DNA of 64,000 nt, taken from positions 187,789 through 251,788 of the forward strand of contig NMRA01000157.1 in assembly GCA_002633005.1 (NCBI GenBank), in the 5' to 3' direction. This document shows positions 51,416 to 64,000 of the stretch, one piece after another (within the stretch, counting starts at the first letter, position 1; each line of letters starts with the position of its first letter). Made by a program: the position numbers and the translations under genes. A model generated the notes under the pieces. That model was not told the DNA's origin. It ran no database searches and saw only the letters and a list, made by a program, of their open reading frames with translations. This DNA is from Phoronis australis (Eukaryota > Animalia > Phoronida).

Positions 51416-52278
51416 CGGGAGAGGACAAATAAGTTTCAAGGGGCGGGCTGCGCTTGGCAAGAGAGCCAAACGTAAAATTTCAACGAGTTTCTANTCGACA
51501 TGCGGTCGTTTTTCTTTGAAAGCTGTGGTCGAGCCCACTTCCGACATTCTAGATCGAAAAGTTTGAACTATGACTGCAATTCTGTCGAATTCTACACTAT
51601 TAACATTTCCTAACCAATCACACTTCGGAGCGTTGACAATCAACGGTTTAGAGATCTTTTGCCAATAGGTGGAGGACGTCTAGAACAAAGTACGGATGAA
51701 CATGCGCAATAAGGTCTATCCAAAACGAGTGGTTGGAATCAATGACACAAAGTAAACATAAACAAAACGGATGATAAAATAAATTAATCAGTGCGTATTT
51801 CATTAAGTTATTTATCCTGGTTAATTTCATAATTTAAATTATTAAAAACATGATCGAAACAGTACAAAGGATCTTGCGCACTTAGATTTTATTCACTTTA
51901 GATATCTTTCCTACTCCTTTCTCCTATCGGTGTACATTTGTGAGCACTCTAAAAACAAGGAAAATGCCTGTTTCGATAACAGACATTCCCTGCCTGGGGT
52001 CTTTACTTAAAGACACTCTGTCCTTTACATTCTCCAACGCAGGATGAGTTTTGTCAGTCGAAAATAGCACTAAATTATACCTCCATGTTACAAATGAAAA
52101 AACTAAATGGGTGCAGACATCAGGTAAAAATAAGTTATAAATTCACTGATTTTAATCTGAGTCATTCTTATCTATGATTCCCATGTTACAACCAGTTCTG
52201 GAGAAGAAAATATGTTTTACAGTTTCAGAAAATCCGGTTGCAAAGAAACTTCTATCCGCCACATGTTTTTAATTTAAT

Positions 52279-52417
52279 GTGCCATCTACGACAGCGTTTC
52301 AGTGTGCCATCCACGACAGCGTTTCAGTGTGCCATCCACGACAGCGTTTCAGTGTGCCATCCACGACAGCGTTTCAGTGTGCCATCCACGACAGCGTTTC
52401 AGTGTGCCGTCCGCGAC
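52279..52417. repeat. 25-bp minisatellite GTGCCATCCACGACAGCGTTTCAGT x5.5
   Basis: Near-perfect tandem copies without spacers. Confidence 0.95.
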
Positions 52418-53117
52418 AGGACTGTGTAATACGCTCCAATCCAAATATTGACGATTCAATGTTTCTCAGTCTTTGATATATTATTACTAACTTAGAGGAT
52501 TTCAGTTCAGGGACAGGACACTGCAAAACGCTATTAGGAATTAGTTTTGTAATATTCGACCTTTGTAATAGAGCCTATCAAAAATAAGGCTTTATGGTTT
52601 TTATGAAAATAGCTCATAAGTTTTATTAAAAGGAAATGAAATGAAATGACAATTTAGAAAGCTGAACAGCTTTTTTGAGATTTCACTTTCATCATTTATT
52701 GGTCGCGTTATTGATACCCTTATAATGCTATGAATGTTCCTTTCTTGTTTGCCACGTTTCCCAGTGGCAGATTGGTGAAAAGCCAAAAATCAAAGTCTAC
52801 AGGCTTTCCTGAAAATACCTTTACAAAGTAAAAATCTGTAGCTTTGTAGATACTTGACTACACACACAGACTTGTCAATAAGATGCGTTTTTTGTATGAT
52901 CTCAAAAACACAGTGTCGTCGACGATAAAGACACTGAAAAACCGTCCGTCGATTCTTATTTTTTCGGAAACAAGTTCCTAAAAATATGGAAAAAGTCCTG
53001 CTGGATAAAATCTTGTTTGATGCAAATAAATTTTAGCCACAACTAGACTACCAATAACGTTATTCTCGTCTTTTCTACTCATTTTCATCTCAAGCACATC
53101 CACTATTGCGTGTGACG

Positions 53118-53162
53118 TCATCATCATCATCATCATCATCATCATTATTATTATTATTATTA
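53118..53162. repeat. (CAT)n(TAT)n microsatellite
   Basis: Direct. Confidence 0.95.
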
Positions 53163-56100
53163 CACACGTATTTCATATATTGTTGTATAATAATTCATTC
53201 AGTTTTTACATTGTATTTCAAATGGATTTTTGCATGGGCCACCAAAAAAATCTGTCACTTTTTGATACAGTCTATTAGCATACATCATCTTATTTATTTT
53301 ATTTTTGTCAATTACGTCAGATTTTAAATTTTGTGTATTTCCGCTGCAACACTTCAATTGTCCATAGGTGTTATAACAAATCAAAGCAAACGAATAGAGT
53401 GTAAATTTTCAGCATCATTTGTTATTTCAACACCGCCCCCTCCTTCCCCCTGTTCCCACTGTCGCTTTGTAGTTTACAAAAATGGAAGTGATTTAAAGTA
53501 ACATTACCAACGACAATATTGTCATTGTAGTTAAGGTCGACCCTCCCCCCACAGTTGCATTCGAAGCAACGACCTCAGAGGGCCTACTTTGCCGCTTTCC
53601 TAGTAGACATAACAACCAACGAGGAAAGGAGACGAGTATTTTAACTATATTCAACTGATAAATCGATTTTAGTTAATTCTACCGAATGTGTGGAAGCCAA
53701 CGTCGGGAATCGACGATTTCTAATAAAGTCACAATAACAACAGATTTGCTTGTTTTAAAGCTCTGGTCAAAGCTAATAACTTTGAGAAGCGAGTCTATCC
53801 TCAGCAATAATCTCAAAAATACGTTTTTGGTCCTAAAGGTGATTGTGTTCCTTTAAAATGGGCGTTGAGTTCTAATTTAATCCTGTTGTTTATTCGTGCA
53901 GGAACCGGACGAACAAAAGAGCGTGAAAGATTTAGCGGGATTGTCCAAATACGTGTATCAATATTGAACTGAGAACAATTGAAATTTGAGATGCTTTTCA
54001 TCTGTGAATAAATCCTTACCTGGTTTATTCTGGGTTTCATGTAAAGCGAGAAAAAGGAAGAACACCTCCAGTTGACGTAGCATTGTCTCAGTGTAGCTGT
54101 GTTACCAACTCTTGTGATTGTGTGGCATGTTTCTGTTGCGTTGATAAAAAGTAAGTCGATCAGCAGTAAGAATAATATTTCCTCGTGTTCATTGAGGACA
54201 CGTCAGTTTGTCTCCGTGATACTCGAATGCTCCGACAAAACCAATCAAAAATCAGGAATTAGAACGCCAGTCATCTCAAGAGCCCCCTCAAAGCATTGAG
54301 AACGAACGTGCGAATTATGTTCCATTTGCTTATTCTATCAAGGGATTGCGTGCATAACATTCATAGTTTTTGAGTAATTGTAAATGTCAGTAAACTTGAA
54401 TTTAAGGAAGACAAAATCTCTTAATAAACGCCACACAAACTGCGAGTGAAATGTCAGTCAATTTATTGCTATAATGACAACAGTAACCATAAGTGCACGG
54501 TGCGAAAATGATCAACAGTTTAAACATCAACAGCGTACCTACTTCTCCCGAAGTTTAAAGGCTGAATACACGGTTTACAATGTTAAAGAGGTATGGAACG
54601 CGAAAGCTCGTCAATTATATCTTTCAAACCACTTCTAACGAAAGTACCCTCTCGTAACGTCTACAACAGAATTATTCACTTTTCCTTCTGACGGAATTTC
54701 CACGAAAAATCACAAAATTATGTATTTTTGAAACACGCCTGTAGTCACTACAGAGTTTCTTATCTTCCTCCCACTTACAACAAATGCGCGTGCGCTAACA
54801 ATCATTCCACAAACAGCTGACTGTCAAGAAGCAATGTGTGATCGCACTACGAATCTGAGGTGGACACCACAGAGGTAAGCCAGTGAAGCAAGAGGTTTCG
54901 CAAAGAGAATTCCAAGTGTATTTCAGAATATACTTGGATATTACGATATCTCTGTAACATAAATTAAACATTACTGGACTTTGAATAAAGCTGTCGCTTG
55001 AAGTCGCCATCGTTTTGTTTAAATCATGCATGTATTAACGATAAAAAGAAAACGATACTCGTCTTCAATAACATTCTGACAGTAAAGACAGTGTTTTCTC
55101 GTCTCCGACAAAAAGCGACGCAAAAACACACNTGTATTGCGCTAATTGTTATAAAAGTGATTTAACGTTTTGTCTCTCTATATGTATTGCTACAAAATAG
55201 GTCTCAACTTGATCCTTGCTTAGATGACAAATGATTTCCGAACTTGCAAGGAACTGACAATTCGTTATTTCTTTACAACATTAGACCATAGTTGGCTCAT
55301 AAAATGACACGGCGTGACAATCTAACTTGTCGAGCCTCGGTCTCAATCAATAACGAACTGTCAATTCTTTCGAAGTCCTGAAATCGCCATTAATTTGACG
55401 AAGAAAACATTCGAGACCAAGGTTGCTTTTCGTGATGGATGAAGGAGTTATAGCCGCTTCAACATGATCTCTGTATGTCCAACTTTTACAGAATGCTCAA
55501 TTATCGATCTAACAATTGTCATTTCCTGAGTATATAGAACCTGGGAGTCGAGTAATACGATAGTCCTGGACAGAACACTACTCTTCAAATAAGACGACAT
55601 CTCATTGTAAACATACTGTTATTTCCTGCTTGCTGATCCTCAACTGAAATGAAAGATCGGGAAATTGTCAGCTCGAAATTTAATGGCGAAATATCATTAT
55701 ACTCTTTTGTGTTGAACAATATTAGTTATCTTCTGTTCATTTTCGTTTTTTTACCACATCTTGGCCACTAGTCGTAACTTGTTCTAATATTGAACTGTTT
55801 TGTTGACGATAACTCCTCACACTTTCGATTATAAGACACATTCACAAGATGACCACTTATTCTTATGGACAGTACAGCAAAGCAGCAAAAGATATATATT
55901 TGCGATGATGCGAAGGGTAAATGACCTGTAGTTTGCTAAATGCTTTTGACGAAACTGGTTCGTCGAAACTCAATTCTGTTTATGTCCAGCAAGTGCTTTA
56001 AACCACCATTTACCTTCCTTCGACAACTGACTTCATTGTAACCATCATTAAACCTTGCTTTATAGCAATACATATCACAATTGTGAATTCAATAGACCAA

Positions 56101-56696
56101 AACGAGATATTATAAGAAAAGCCATTGACGTATGAACGTATCTGCGCGTCACAAACGTATTAAACGGCTTCTGTCTCTGCGTTTGTTTTCATGAGTATGT
56201 TTGGAACTTTTGGCCTATGCGAACTTGCTTTGTCCTGTGTCCTTAATGATATGGATAGTAGCAGTCACCGACGAAAATTTTCCACGAGGTCGACCACGAG
56301 GTAGGTATTTCATAAGTGTATCCAGAATAATTTATGAAAAAATTTTGTTATCAACATTTTGACTCTTTTCAAATTCCAAAAATAAAACATTCAGACCATG
56401 ACATGAAAACAGATAGCTCTATGGGTTGCCTTAAAAGCCATGAATGTTATTTGAGTAGATACCTTTTCCACTGCACTAAACCGCTTGAGTTTGAGCGGCC
56501 AAGAAGGACTATTTTGCAACAGCAAGTAGAGATGTCTCCGTGATTGTTGGCGTGTATCTGCATTCCAGTCTCCATTGTATTTATAAAGTCCCATGCAGCA
56601 AAATTTCCGTCAATTCAAAATGGGCGACTTCATATTTGAATATTCACGTGAAGCATAACCCGGCTTAAAGTGTATGGCGTGTAACGCGGAAACCAG

Positions 56697-56848
56697 GCGT
56701 GCGTTCAGTAGACGCTAGGACCTACGCTAGGACCTAGCTAAAACCTAGTCAAAGTCACGTGCTCTCATTTAAAATGCACGGCAATATCTCACGTAATCTC
56801 GCGAAGTCTTGCTTTTTAGCGAGATCCTAGCGCTACTGAACGGGAGGC
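56697..56848. mobile_element. Small TIR element (MITE)
   Basis: CGTTCAGTAG.CGCTAGGA / TCCTAGCGCTACTGAACG. Confidence 0.6.
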
Positions 56849-57601
56849 AGCATGCCGAGTACTTATAAACTTGAGGCGGGATGCATTTGATTTAGCTTTT
56901 CTCGTGACTGGCACACAACGGCCAGGGCTGAACCCAAGGAGGCTTGCACGTGCGGCGAATCATGTATCGCTTTCCATGACGAAAACAACGTTTGGTTTCA
57001 ACCACATACCGTGTGGCGCAATTGTTGTTCCTTGATCAAATTCGAGATGATTTCAGGGTTTCGAAAATAGCGACCAGCTCATTCCTGCTTGAGATCAAAC
57101 TTTACAAGTTGGCTTGTAACGGCGTGTCATTTTGTGCGGTAAGCACTGATTCCTAAAGTACAGACTGATAATTCTTTGTAAACCCAAAAGACCCTTGGCC
57201 TCTTAGTTGAAACCAAATTTATACCGGCAGTGGTCTAAGTAAGGCCCCTTCTTTGACACACCACTTAACAGCTTCTTTAAAAGTGATCCTAAATTCGTAG
57301 TAAGTTCGAAGCAGTTAAAAGCAACGATTAGATGTGACTTTTAATTGGCTCCGCAATAGGCCTCCGTTCTATTATCTTATTGACTGATTGGAGCGTCAAT
57401 ACTTCGGCGGTAATTTTATCTAAACTGATACACAACATTAATTCATATCTCACTCCACTTAACCCCAGCTAGATATGCCTTTCTACGCTATCAATCAAAC
57501 ACCTTTTAGGATTCGTCCCACATTATGTAGCACCCGAGGGCTGGCGTGCATGTTCCTCGTGTATGTGGCAACAGCCTTGATACTCTATAGAAAATTGTAC
57601 G

Positions 57602-58373
57602 ATGGGAAGCGAAAGTTATGAGCTGTCAGAGATTTCCGCTTCCGGTGCACAAAACCCTGGGGATGAACGTCGCAATACTCGCTGGCGAGGATGTTACGTA
57701 AATTATGTTGCTGGTATAATTTTGGCTCTCTTGTCGGTGGCGATAGCTAGTTGCGTTGGACTGGTGGTGTATTATGTTGGTTGCAACTTTTCCTGCCACG
57801 TGGTACCTAGTGGCCAGAATGGACTTACACCAACTGCACATTCTATTACAAATTCGAGGACAACTGACGCGTACATTACTGAAACTGTGTCAACAAGGGA
57901 TAAACAAATCCAAACAACAGAATCTAAACATCACGGATCTACGGTTAATCATAACACGCACCAATCCACCACTGCTGTGCATATCTCTTCAACTTGGACG
58001 AAGGAGACTGAAAATTCGTCCCAGTCGCCATTTTCTACATCAGCATCATCGGAAGCACCGACTACATTTCCATATGAAACAACAGAATCAACAGCATGCA
58101 GATGTCCATCAGGATACGACTATACTAAACATGGTTGCTACAAATTCTACATGCAAGAGGAGAATTGGAACTTGTCACGTGCGCGTTGTCTTGGAGATAG
58201 CGCGCACCAAGTCGCCATAGAAACACGTGGGGAGATGGAAACACTGAGGCAACTCATGTCAAGGAACGGAGTGGGCAGCTATTTGTTTTGGACTGGCGGA
58301 AACAGATTGGGAAGTGACGTTTGGATTTGGGATGGTGTGAATGTGAATGTTACCTATACTTACTGGTATCCAG
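57602..58373 (+). CDS. Type II transmembrane C-type lectin-like protein, exon 1 (cytosolic N-term, TM, S/T stalk, most of CTLD)
   Basis: ATG; TM VAGIILALLSVAIASCVGLVVYYV; CPSGY....GCYKF....NW..SR..C....AHQVAIE...E; FWTGG; W.W; YWYPG; donor GTAAGC, phase 1. Confidence 0.9.
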
Positions 58374-58714
58374 GTAAGCACTGAACCACTACGTTGGGAA
58401 TATACACGGCAAGCAAGAGTTCTTCATAAGACTACACATCATTGTAGATTTTAACTATGCGATTCTAAACCCGTCTTCTGACCATAATCTGACATTATAG
58501 AAGTTCAAAACAAAACAGTAGGCCTACTTTTTATTACATTGTAATTATAAAGTGTTGAATCGTTGCTGTTGGTGTTATTGTTGCAAAGATTGCATCAGTT
58601 GATTTTGTGATTGTAGGTGCAGACAGGCCAGATACGTATGATGACAATTGGATAGTTGATGAATATCGATCAAGAAACATTTTCTGATTCATGCACATTT
58701 TTATGTTAACTCGG

Positions 58715-58872
58715 CTCCCTGACTCGCTAACACAGCTTGCACACTCAAAAAACCCAACTGATCACCACGTGCATGTCACAGCAAAGGGCCCGAGGGTCGT
58801 GTTTACAGGTACTGAAGCTGTGTTTGGATGCCGATTTTTTGAATGCGTAAGCTGTGTTTGAGTGTCAGGGAG
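58715..58872. mobile_element. Intronic inverted-repeat element (MITE/hairpin)
   Basis: CTCCCTGAC..AACACAGCTT..TCAAAAAA is mirrored by TTTTTTGA..AAGCTGTGTT..GTCAGGGAG. Confidence 0.6.
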
Positions 58873-59054
58873 ATGGTCCAAGAGCGGTGTTCATGAGTGC
58901 GTGACCCGTGTTGTTCGGCTTGATTTTTTTGAAATGTCCCAAAAGCAGCCGTCTGCATTACACGGCAGTTGAGCTGTGTCGTTCATTGTGCAGCAGGCGT
59001 ATTGCAATATACAAAATCGTGCTGTCCTATATAATAATACACAATCTTTGCCAG

Positions 59055-59164
59055 GTTACCCAGTTGGCGGCGACTGCATGTGGATGTATACGTCAAAACA
59101 TGGGCACAGATGGGGAAGTTTGGACTGCCTACCAGCCACGGCAAAAACCGTGTGTGAAGTATAA
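59055..59164 (+). CDS. C-type lectin-like protein, exon 2 (YPVGGDCMWM...RWGSLDC....KTVCEV*)
   Basis: Acceptor TCTTTGCCAG, phase 1; completes the CTLD cysteines; TAA stop; 293 aa total. Confidence 0.9.
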
Positions 59165-59334
59165 GACCTCAGGACTTAGTAAATTGGATGACAAGGCATT
59201 GGTTCTCCAAGAAGCTTCGTGGAAATTGTCTGCCATGTGTGAAATGGAATCTTAGCTTAGCTAAGAGGATACCTAACCCGGCCATGGCCTATTACATATT
59301 AAAAACAACTTTTCCATCCAATTATCTGATACAA

Positions 59335-59552
59335 AATAATCACCCTGTAATCCCCGACAACCTCAAAACTTTGGAGGAAAATTGAAAACTCTTTTCAAAG
59401 TCTGCTGAACGGGCAAGCGTGAACTACGCTTTTAGCGAATTACACGGCAACCGTGGCGAAACACCACCCACCAAGAACCATAATAACCAACCTGTGACAG
59501 GGAGTATGGTTTTTAGATGATTCCTGCTTTCATCGTTCAGGATTGATGACCA
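59335..59552 (+). repeat. Dispersed repeat, copy 2 (paralog at 7800-8005)
   Basis: See copy 1. Confidence 0.65.
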
Positions 59553-59732
59553 CTGATTAGCAACTGACAGAACGAGGATTAGTGGAAATCATCAAAACAG
59601 GGCTTAGTATCCTTTTAACAGAACAAAATCTGTAGACAATACTGAGTTTGTGGGATCCAGTTTGTGAGTTCTTCGGTTTTAACTGAATTAAGAAAGTGGA
59701 TATAGATATTCCTGTGTTCATAATAAAATGAT

Positions 59733-60160
59733 CTTTACTTATTTTGTAGAAAAAGTACGTACTTTTAATAACTATATAGCTTCCGATATTCACCGTATCC
59801 CTTTTTGTCACAGAACCACAACGCAAGCAGTAGTCACTGACGGAGAGTTAGGTCGACGGACCTTTGCTTATTTTGTAGAAAAAGTGTGGAATTTTAATAA
59901 CTATATAGCTTCCGATATTAGTACATGCATACCTTTTTGTTTAAATCATCTTCAGTCACAGAGCCACAACGCAAGGAGTAATCACTGAAGAGAGCTACGT
60001 CGACTGGCCTTTGCTTATTTTGTAGAAAAAAGTGTGGAATTTTTATAACTATATAGCTTCTGATATTAGTATAGGCATCCCTTTTAATTGTTTGAATCGT
60101 CTTCAGTCATAGCGCCACAACGCAAGTAGCACGCACTGGAGAGCAACGTCACTGGACCTT
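59733..60160. repeat. ~130-147-bp tandem repeat x3
   Basis: TTT.CTTATTTTGTAGAAAAAGT...ATAACTATATAGCTTC.GATATT...CCACAACGCAAG repeated three times. Confidence 0.85.
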
Positions 60161-61238
60161 CAATGTTGGGAATTGGGTTGCCTGAGCTAGCTAAAAACGG
60201 TCATCTACACAAATGTTCGCTTTGGGATTCAGATATGTCTTACTAGCAACGTCTGAAGACATGTGACTTATTCCACTTAACTTCAAAACACATGAAACGT
60301 TGGACAAAAACCATGCACTTTACATAGGAGCTGTTTTATCGCGAGGAGCTAGAGCTCGACCGGTGTTGATCATTAATTGGCAGACCATTGACCGTCAAAT
60401 GCGACTACTTTCATTGGTAATTTTAATTTACGAATTCATGGCTATTTTCAGATTTCGTTACCCGCCAATTAGTTTTATGGTGTACGGGTACGAATTTGTT
60501 ACACTAACAATGAAAATTGACTACTCGAGATTGATAAAATAAAGCACAATCAATAAACCCACGTTTTTTGAAAAAAATCGATTTGGCCACTTTCCGTTTT
60601 AAAATGAGTCTTGTCGCCTTCCTACATTCTTTCACAGGCTACGAAAGGTAGCACTGTGGAATGTTGTTTATCAAAACATTCAGTCATTCCCATTGGTTGA
60701 AATCTGGGAACCTCTTTCAGTTTATTGTTACGTAGTATGGCGACCATGTTTGACTTCAATAGTTGCAATTTATTAAAACAGGCAGTGATCAAAGTAAACA
60801 AAATCAAAGGAACCCGATCCAGTGGCTTAAGCCCAAACAAGTACAGCGCATTGAAGGCGTGTGCAAGTGGTGGCGACGTGATCGATAAACTTCCGACCAA
60901 GCATGCGCATCGATACCCACACACAGAATTCCGTGTGTCGTTCATCATGTTTCCATAGGGCCACTTTTCAGTATAGGTGGCGCTGTGTTAGAGGGTAGTC
61001 GCCTTACTTCCTCGGTTTAGAAGAGGCCTCTGGGTTTGGTAAGACCTGACTGTTCATTACTCCTACAGGCGAAAGTCATAAAGTTTCAGATCACTCACAC
61101 ATATTTTACTAAGTGACAAATTGCCACAAATTTTGTAACAGCCCTGGTGGTACTACTAGCATAAACACCGTTTTGACAGGAAACTTCGATTGAAAACATA
61201 TCTGCTTCTACATAAAGCATTTTGAAATTTTAAGTTGG

Positions 61239-61244
61239 TTTATT
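61239..61244 (-). terminator. Candidate polyadenylation signal of MED14 (AATAAA)
   Basis: Minus-strand AATAAA ~725 nt downstream of the MED14 stop. Confidence 0.4.
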
Positions 61245-61968
61245 TACAACTTTCAAGCAGTTCATATTTACAATATATATATTCACATTTCTAAAAATGA
61301 CACAAAAATCGTTCTACAGACATTGGAGGTGTGTTTTACACTAAATGAAGATTCAAGAATTCCTACAATCAAATACTACAAACTGCTGTATTCGACTGTT
61401 TAAGCTCACTGTGAGGTCCCCTTTTCATCCAAGCCAAATTTTTGCGCGAATCCGCATTTTTTGTGCACAGTACACTGACGTGCCCAACTGTAGTTTTATG
61501 TGAACTTGTGATCTCCCAGCATTTCATCCATCAAGACTGATGTTTTGGTCACTTTTTGATCAAATGTGACCCTACTGCGTTGTGCACACACGTCCCCACG
61601 TAAGAAGATAGCATTATCTCACAGGTTAAATCTGAATGTGTTTTGCAACAACGGCACAGTTTTAGAGTCACAGGCACACAATTTACAGTACACAGGCATT
61701 AATGTTGTCCAACTCAATCCTGGCGCTCTCAGTTAAGCTTTTGGAAAGACGAGATACAGTCCCCAGCAACCACATTTGGAGAAATAAAATACGCTTGAAT
61801 TGTTTATAAACAGAAACAGTCATACTTTGAAATTAAGCATTTCTTTGTTTTCTGCTCATGTTGGTTTCTGCAATATATTAGAAGGTCATGTTTTCGATCC
61901 CTGTGGGGATCTTAACTGCAAGATTTTCTCAATCGAATTTAAACTCCACCTCTGGTGACCAAAAAGAC

Positions 61969-62229
61969 CTAGCTTGGGATCACCAGGTTGGTCAGCAGCT
62001 CCCTGATGGCAGGATAGAACGTACAATCCGAGTACGAGTTGGCCACGGCGAACTTCCTCAGCAAGCTGACGATGGCTGGATGGGCGGGGTGAGCCACGTT
62101 GGGCGTGGTGTTCTTGCGTACTTCCAGCAGCTGAGTCGTGTTCTTCTCCACGTCATGTAGGATGGACACAGTGAATGACTTGCAGGCAGACTCACCCTGG
62201 CTCACCGGGCAATTATTGGACAGGCGGAT
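61969..62229 (-). CDS. MED14: Mediator subunit 14, last exon
   Basis: IVSLLRKFAVANSYSDCTFYPAIRELLTNLVIPS* resembles the recalled human VSNILKRFAEMN..ECTIFAAVRDLMANLTLP; acceptor CTTTTCTACAG. Confidence 0.9.
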   Translation of the reverse strand: MRLSNNCPVSQGESACKSFTVSILHDVEKNTTQLLEVRKNTTPNVAHPAHPAIVSLLRKFAVANSYSDCTFYPAIRELLTNLVIPS

Positions 62230-62877
62230 CTGTAGAAAAGGTCAACAGGAAATGCATCAGTGTTAACATTCAGGTGATAGGTCAAAACTTCAAGTTACAC
62301 TCTAGTAATAACACTTGGGTTGAGCACTGTAATTATACCAGATACTCCCACGTGAAAGCTAGGCGATATCAAGCGAAGGTTTGCATGATCTCCCCACATC
62401 AAAGTGTAATAGCCCTACTGCACAAACCCAAGATGCAGCCACAGTTTTGAATTGGCGATCAACAGCAGTGTGTTAGATCACAGATGAAAGAATTATCAAT
62501 AGAACTGTTGAATCAGATATTCATATGGTGCTGCTAATAAATAGAGAGGATTGTTTGTTATTAAAACAGACTGAAGGGGGCACTGGTCTCATAGGCACCA
62601 CCAAGTGAGCTTCCAGCTCGAATAAGGTGAACACACCCTCCCAGATAAGGGAGTGGCAAAGGGGTGGGAGGATTGGCATTGTCTAAACTTACTACAGCCT
62701 TAAATACATCCCATTCAATCATACACCTCCTGGAAATCCCCACGCAGAATAGACACAATATGGCAAATTACCCTTCGTTTGGCCCTCTTCACGTTACACA
62801 ATGAAACGATGGCAATTAGATAACAACACTTCTGTGGGCATTATATAATCACACTTCTGTGGACATTAAGAACTCAC

Positions 62878-63006
62878 CATAACAAGTATCTTGCTGTTGG
62901 ATGAGCCGGAGGCAACAGCCACTTGACCAGTGGAGGCGATGTAAGATGACCCGCCGGGCACTGTTAGACACAGTTGGAGGCTCCATTTAAGGTTAGGGTC
63001 AGGAAC
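62878..63006 (-). CDS. MED14: Mediator subunit 14, penultimate exon
   Basis: VPDPNLKWSLQLCLTVPGG...SKILVM resembles LKWNVQFCLTIPP...SKMLF; CTGCAG acceptor, GTGAGT donor; phase 0. Confidence 0.9.
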
Positions 63007-63320
63007 CTGCAGGCAGATGTCACACGTTGAACTCAAAGCATAGTCAACAGTAGAACCTATAGCATAACCATGAATTCAATTTCCCCCAAAATAGGAAAAG
63101 AGAGGAATAATACTTACTAAATTTAATTCTGAGCTTGATGCAAAAAGGTTTTAATAAACACGATTGGTCACTACCCTTTGCACACTGCACAACTCTACAG
63201 GATTTTGTTAGAAAGTAACTTTGAGTGTCAAACAATCAGACATGAAATGGTTGACAAATAAATCAACTTTATGAATTTCCTGCTAGTAAAACTAGAAAAA
63301 AAGTAGGAAACAAACATTAC

Positions 63321-63428
63321 CAATTCACACTTGATGATCTGCACACAGTCCTTCAAGATCTTGTAAGGGACTTTCAAGAGACGGCCAAAGGCAATCACAG
63401 AATTAGCCTTGTATGGTGGGCATAGCAC
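63321..63428 (-). CDS. MED14: Mediator subunit 14, exon (gene continues beyond the window)
   Basis: VLCPPYKANSVIAFGRLLKVPYKILKDCVQIIKCEL resembles [42 protein letters not shown] acceptor, GTAATG donor. Confidence 0.9.
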
Positions 63429-64000
63429 CTGGAGAACAAAAATATCACACACTGGAGACATCACAAGAGAAACGTCGGTGGCAACCAAAGGAAGACGCAG
63501 ATCTGGTCTTGGGCCAAAAGTTAAAGACCTCAAGACGCTCAGTAAACTGGTCACAACTCGTCCTTCACTATAAATTAGGTGCGATTTCTGGGCTTGAAAA
63601 TGACAGCATGTTATTAAGGCTGTGCTCGAAGCATAGAATAAACCAGGCAGGTCAAGTCAATTTATCGAGCCTGATCTCAAGCAGTAACGTACTGTCAGAA
63701 CTTCCCATTTCCAGGAATCACAAAGTACGGTAGTAAATTGAGACCAGTTTGTGAAAATTATTTACCACAACTTCATAGCTGGCCCAATGGCTACACATGT
63801 CAACCACTGTGATAGACAGGTCATCAACATGGCCAGTATCGGACAAATGACCTTAGCAACAAAACTAGCATTCTTACACACCGTTATCAAGGTAATCAGA
63901 ATTTATGATTTATGAAACATTTTTAAAAATGTTTATTACAAAAAAATGTACAAATAGTTGGAGTTAAGAACACACAGCACTGGAAAGCTTTACAAAACAA

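Noticed and set aside
52279-52417. 25-bp direct repeats as CRISPR
   Set aside because: No spacers; simple minisatellite

Overview
Eukaryotic (animal, probably marine lophotrochozoan-type) genomic DNA: AT-rich, spliceosomal introns, dense in DNA-transposon relics and MITEs, with one N gap and several single-N joins. There are no prokaryotic features. Reconstructed genes: (1) a minus-strand IgGFc-binding (FCGBP N-terminal-like) domain + TM + basic tail gene (~21.3-24.8 kb); (2) a plus-strand 5-exon F-BAR-like gene with an in-frame TGA and a frameshift (31.1-35.2 kb); (3) a minus-strand gene with a divergent FAMeT-like (Methyltransf_FA) domain, six tandemly duplicated Ser/Thr-rich mucin exons and a TM/tail exon nearly identical to that of gene 1 (38.6-51.4 kb); (4) a two-exon type II C-type lectin (57.6-59.2 kb); (5) the last three exons of MED14 (minus, 62.0-63.4 kb). 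Mobile DNA includes an Academ (XPG-type) relic with a nested 9-bp-TSD MITE, Kolobok-like/THAP relics, a LINE fragment and several 5-bp-TSD CA..TG MITEs. Most notable: the mucin exon array uses rare GAG 3' splice sites in 5 of 6 copies; one conserved TM/tail exon is attached to two unrelated ectodomains; and a 7.65-kb segment bracketed by two direct MITE copies sits inside a single split MITE with matching TSDs. Two N-joined tandem duplications are probably assembly artefacts. All calls come from manual reading and motif recall; no searches were run.
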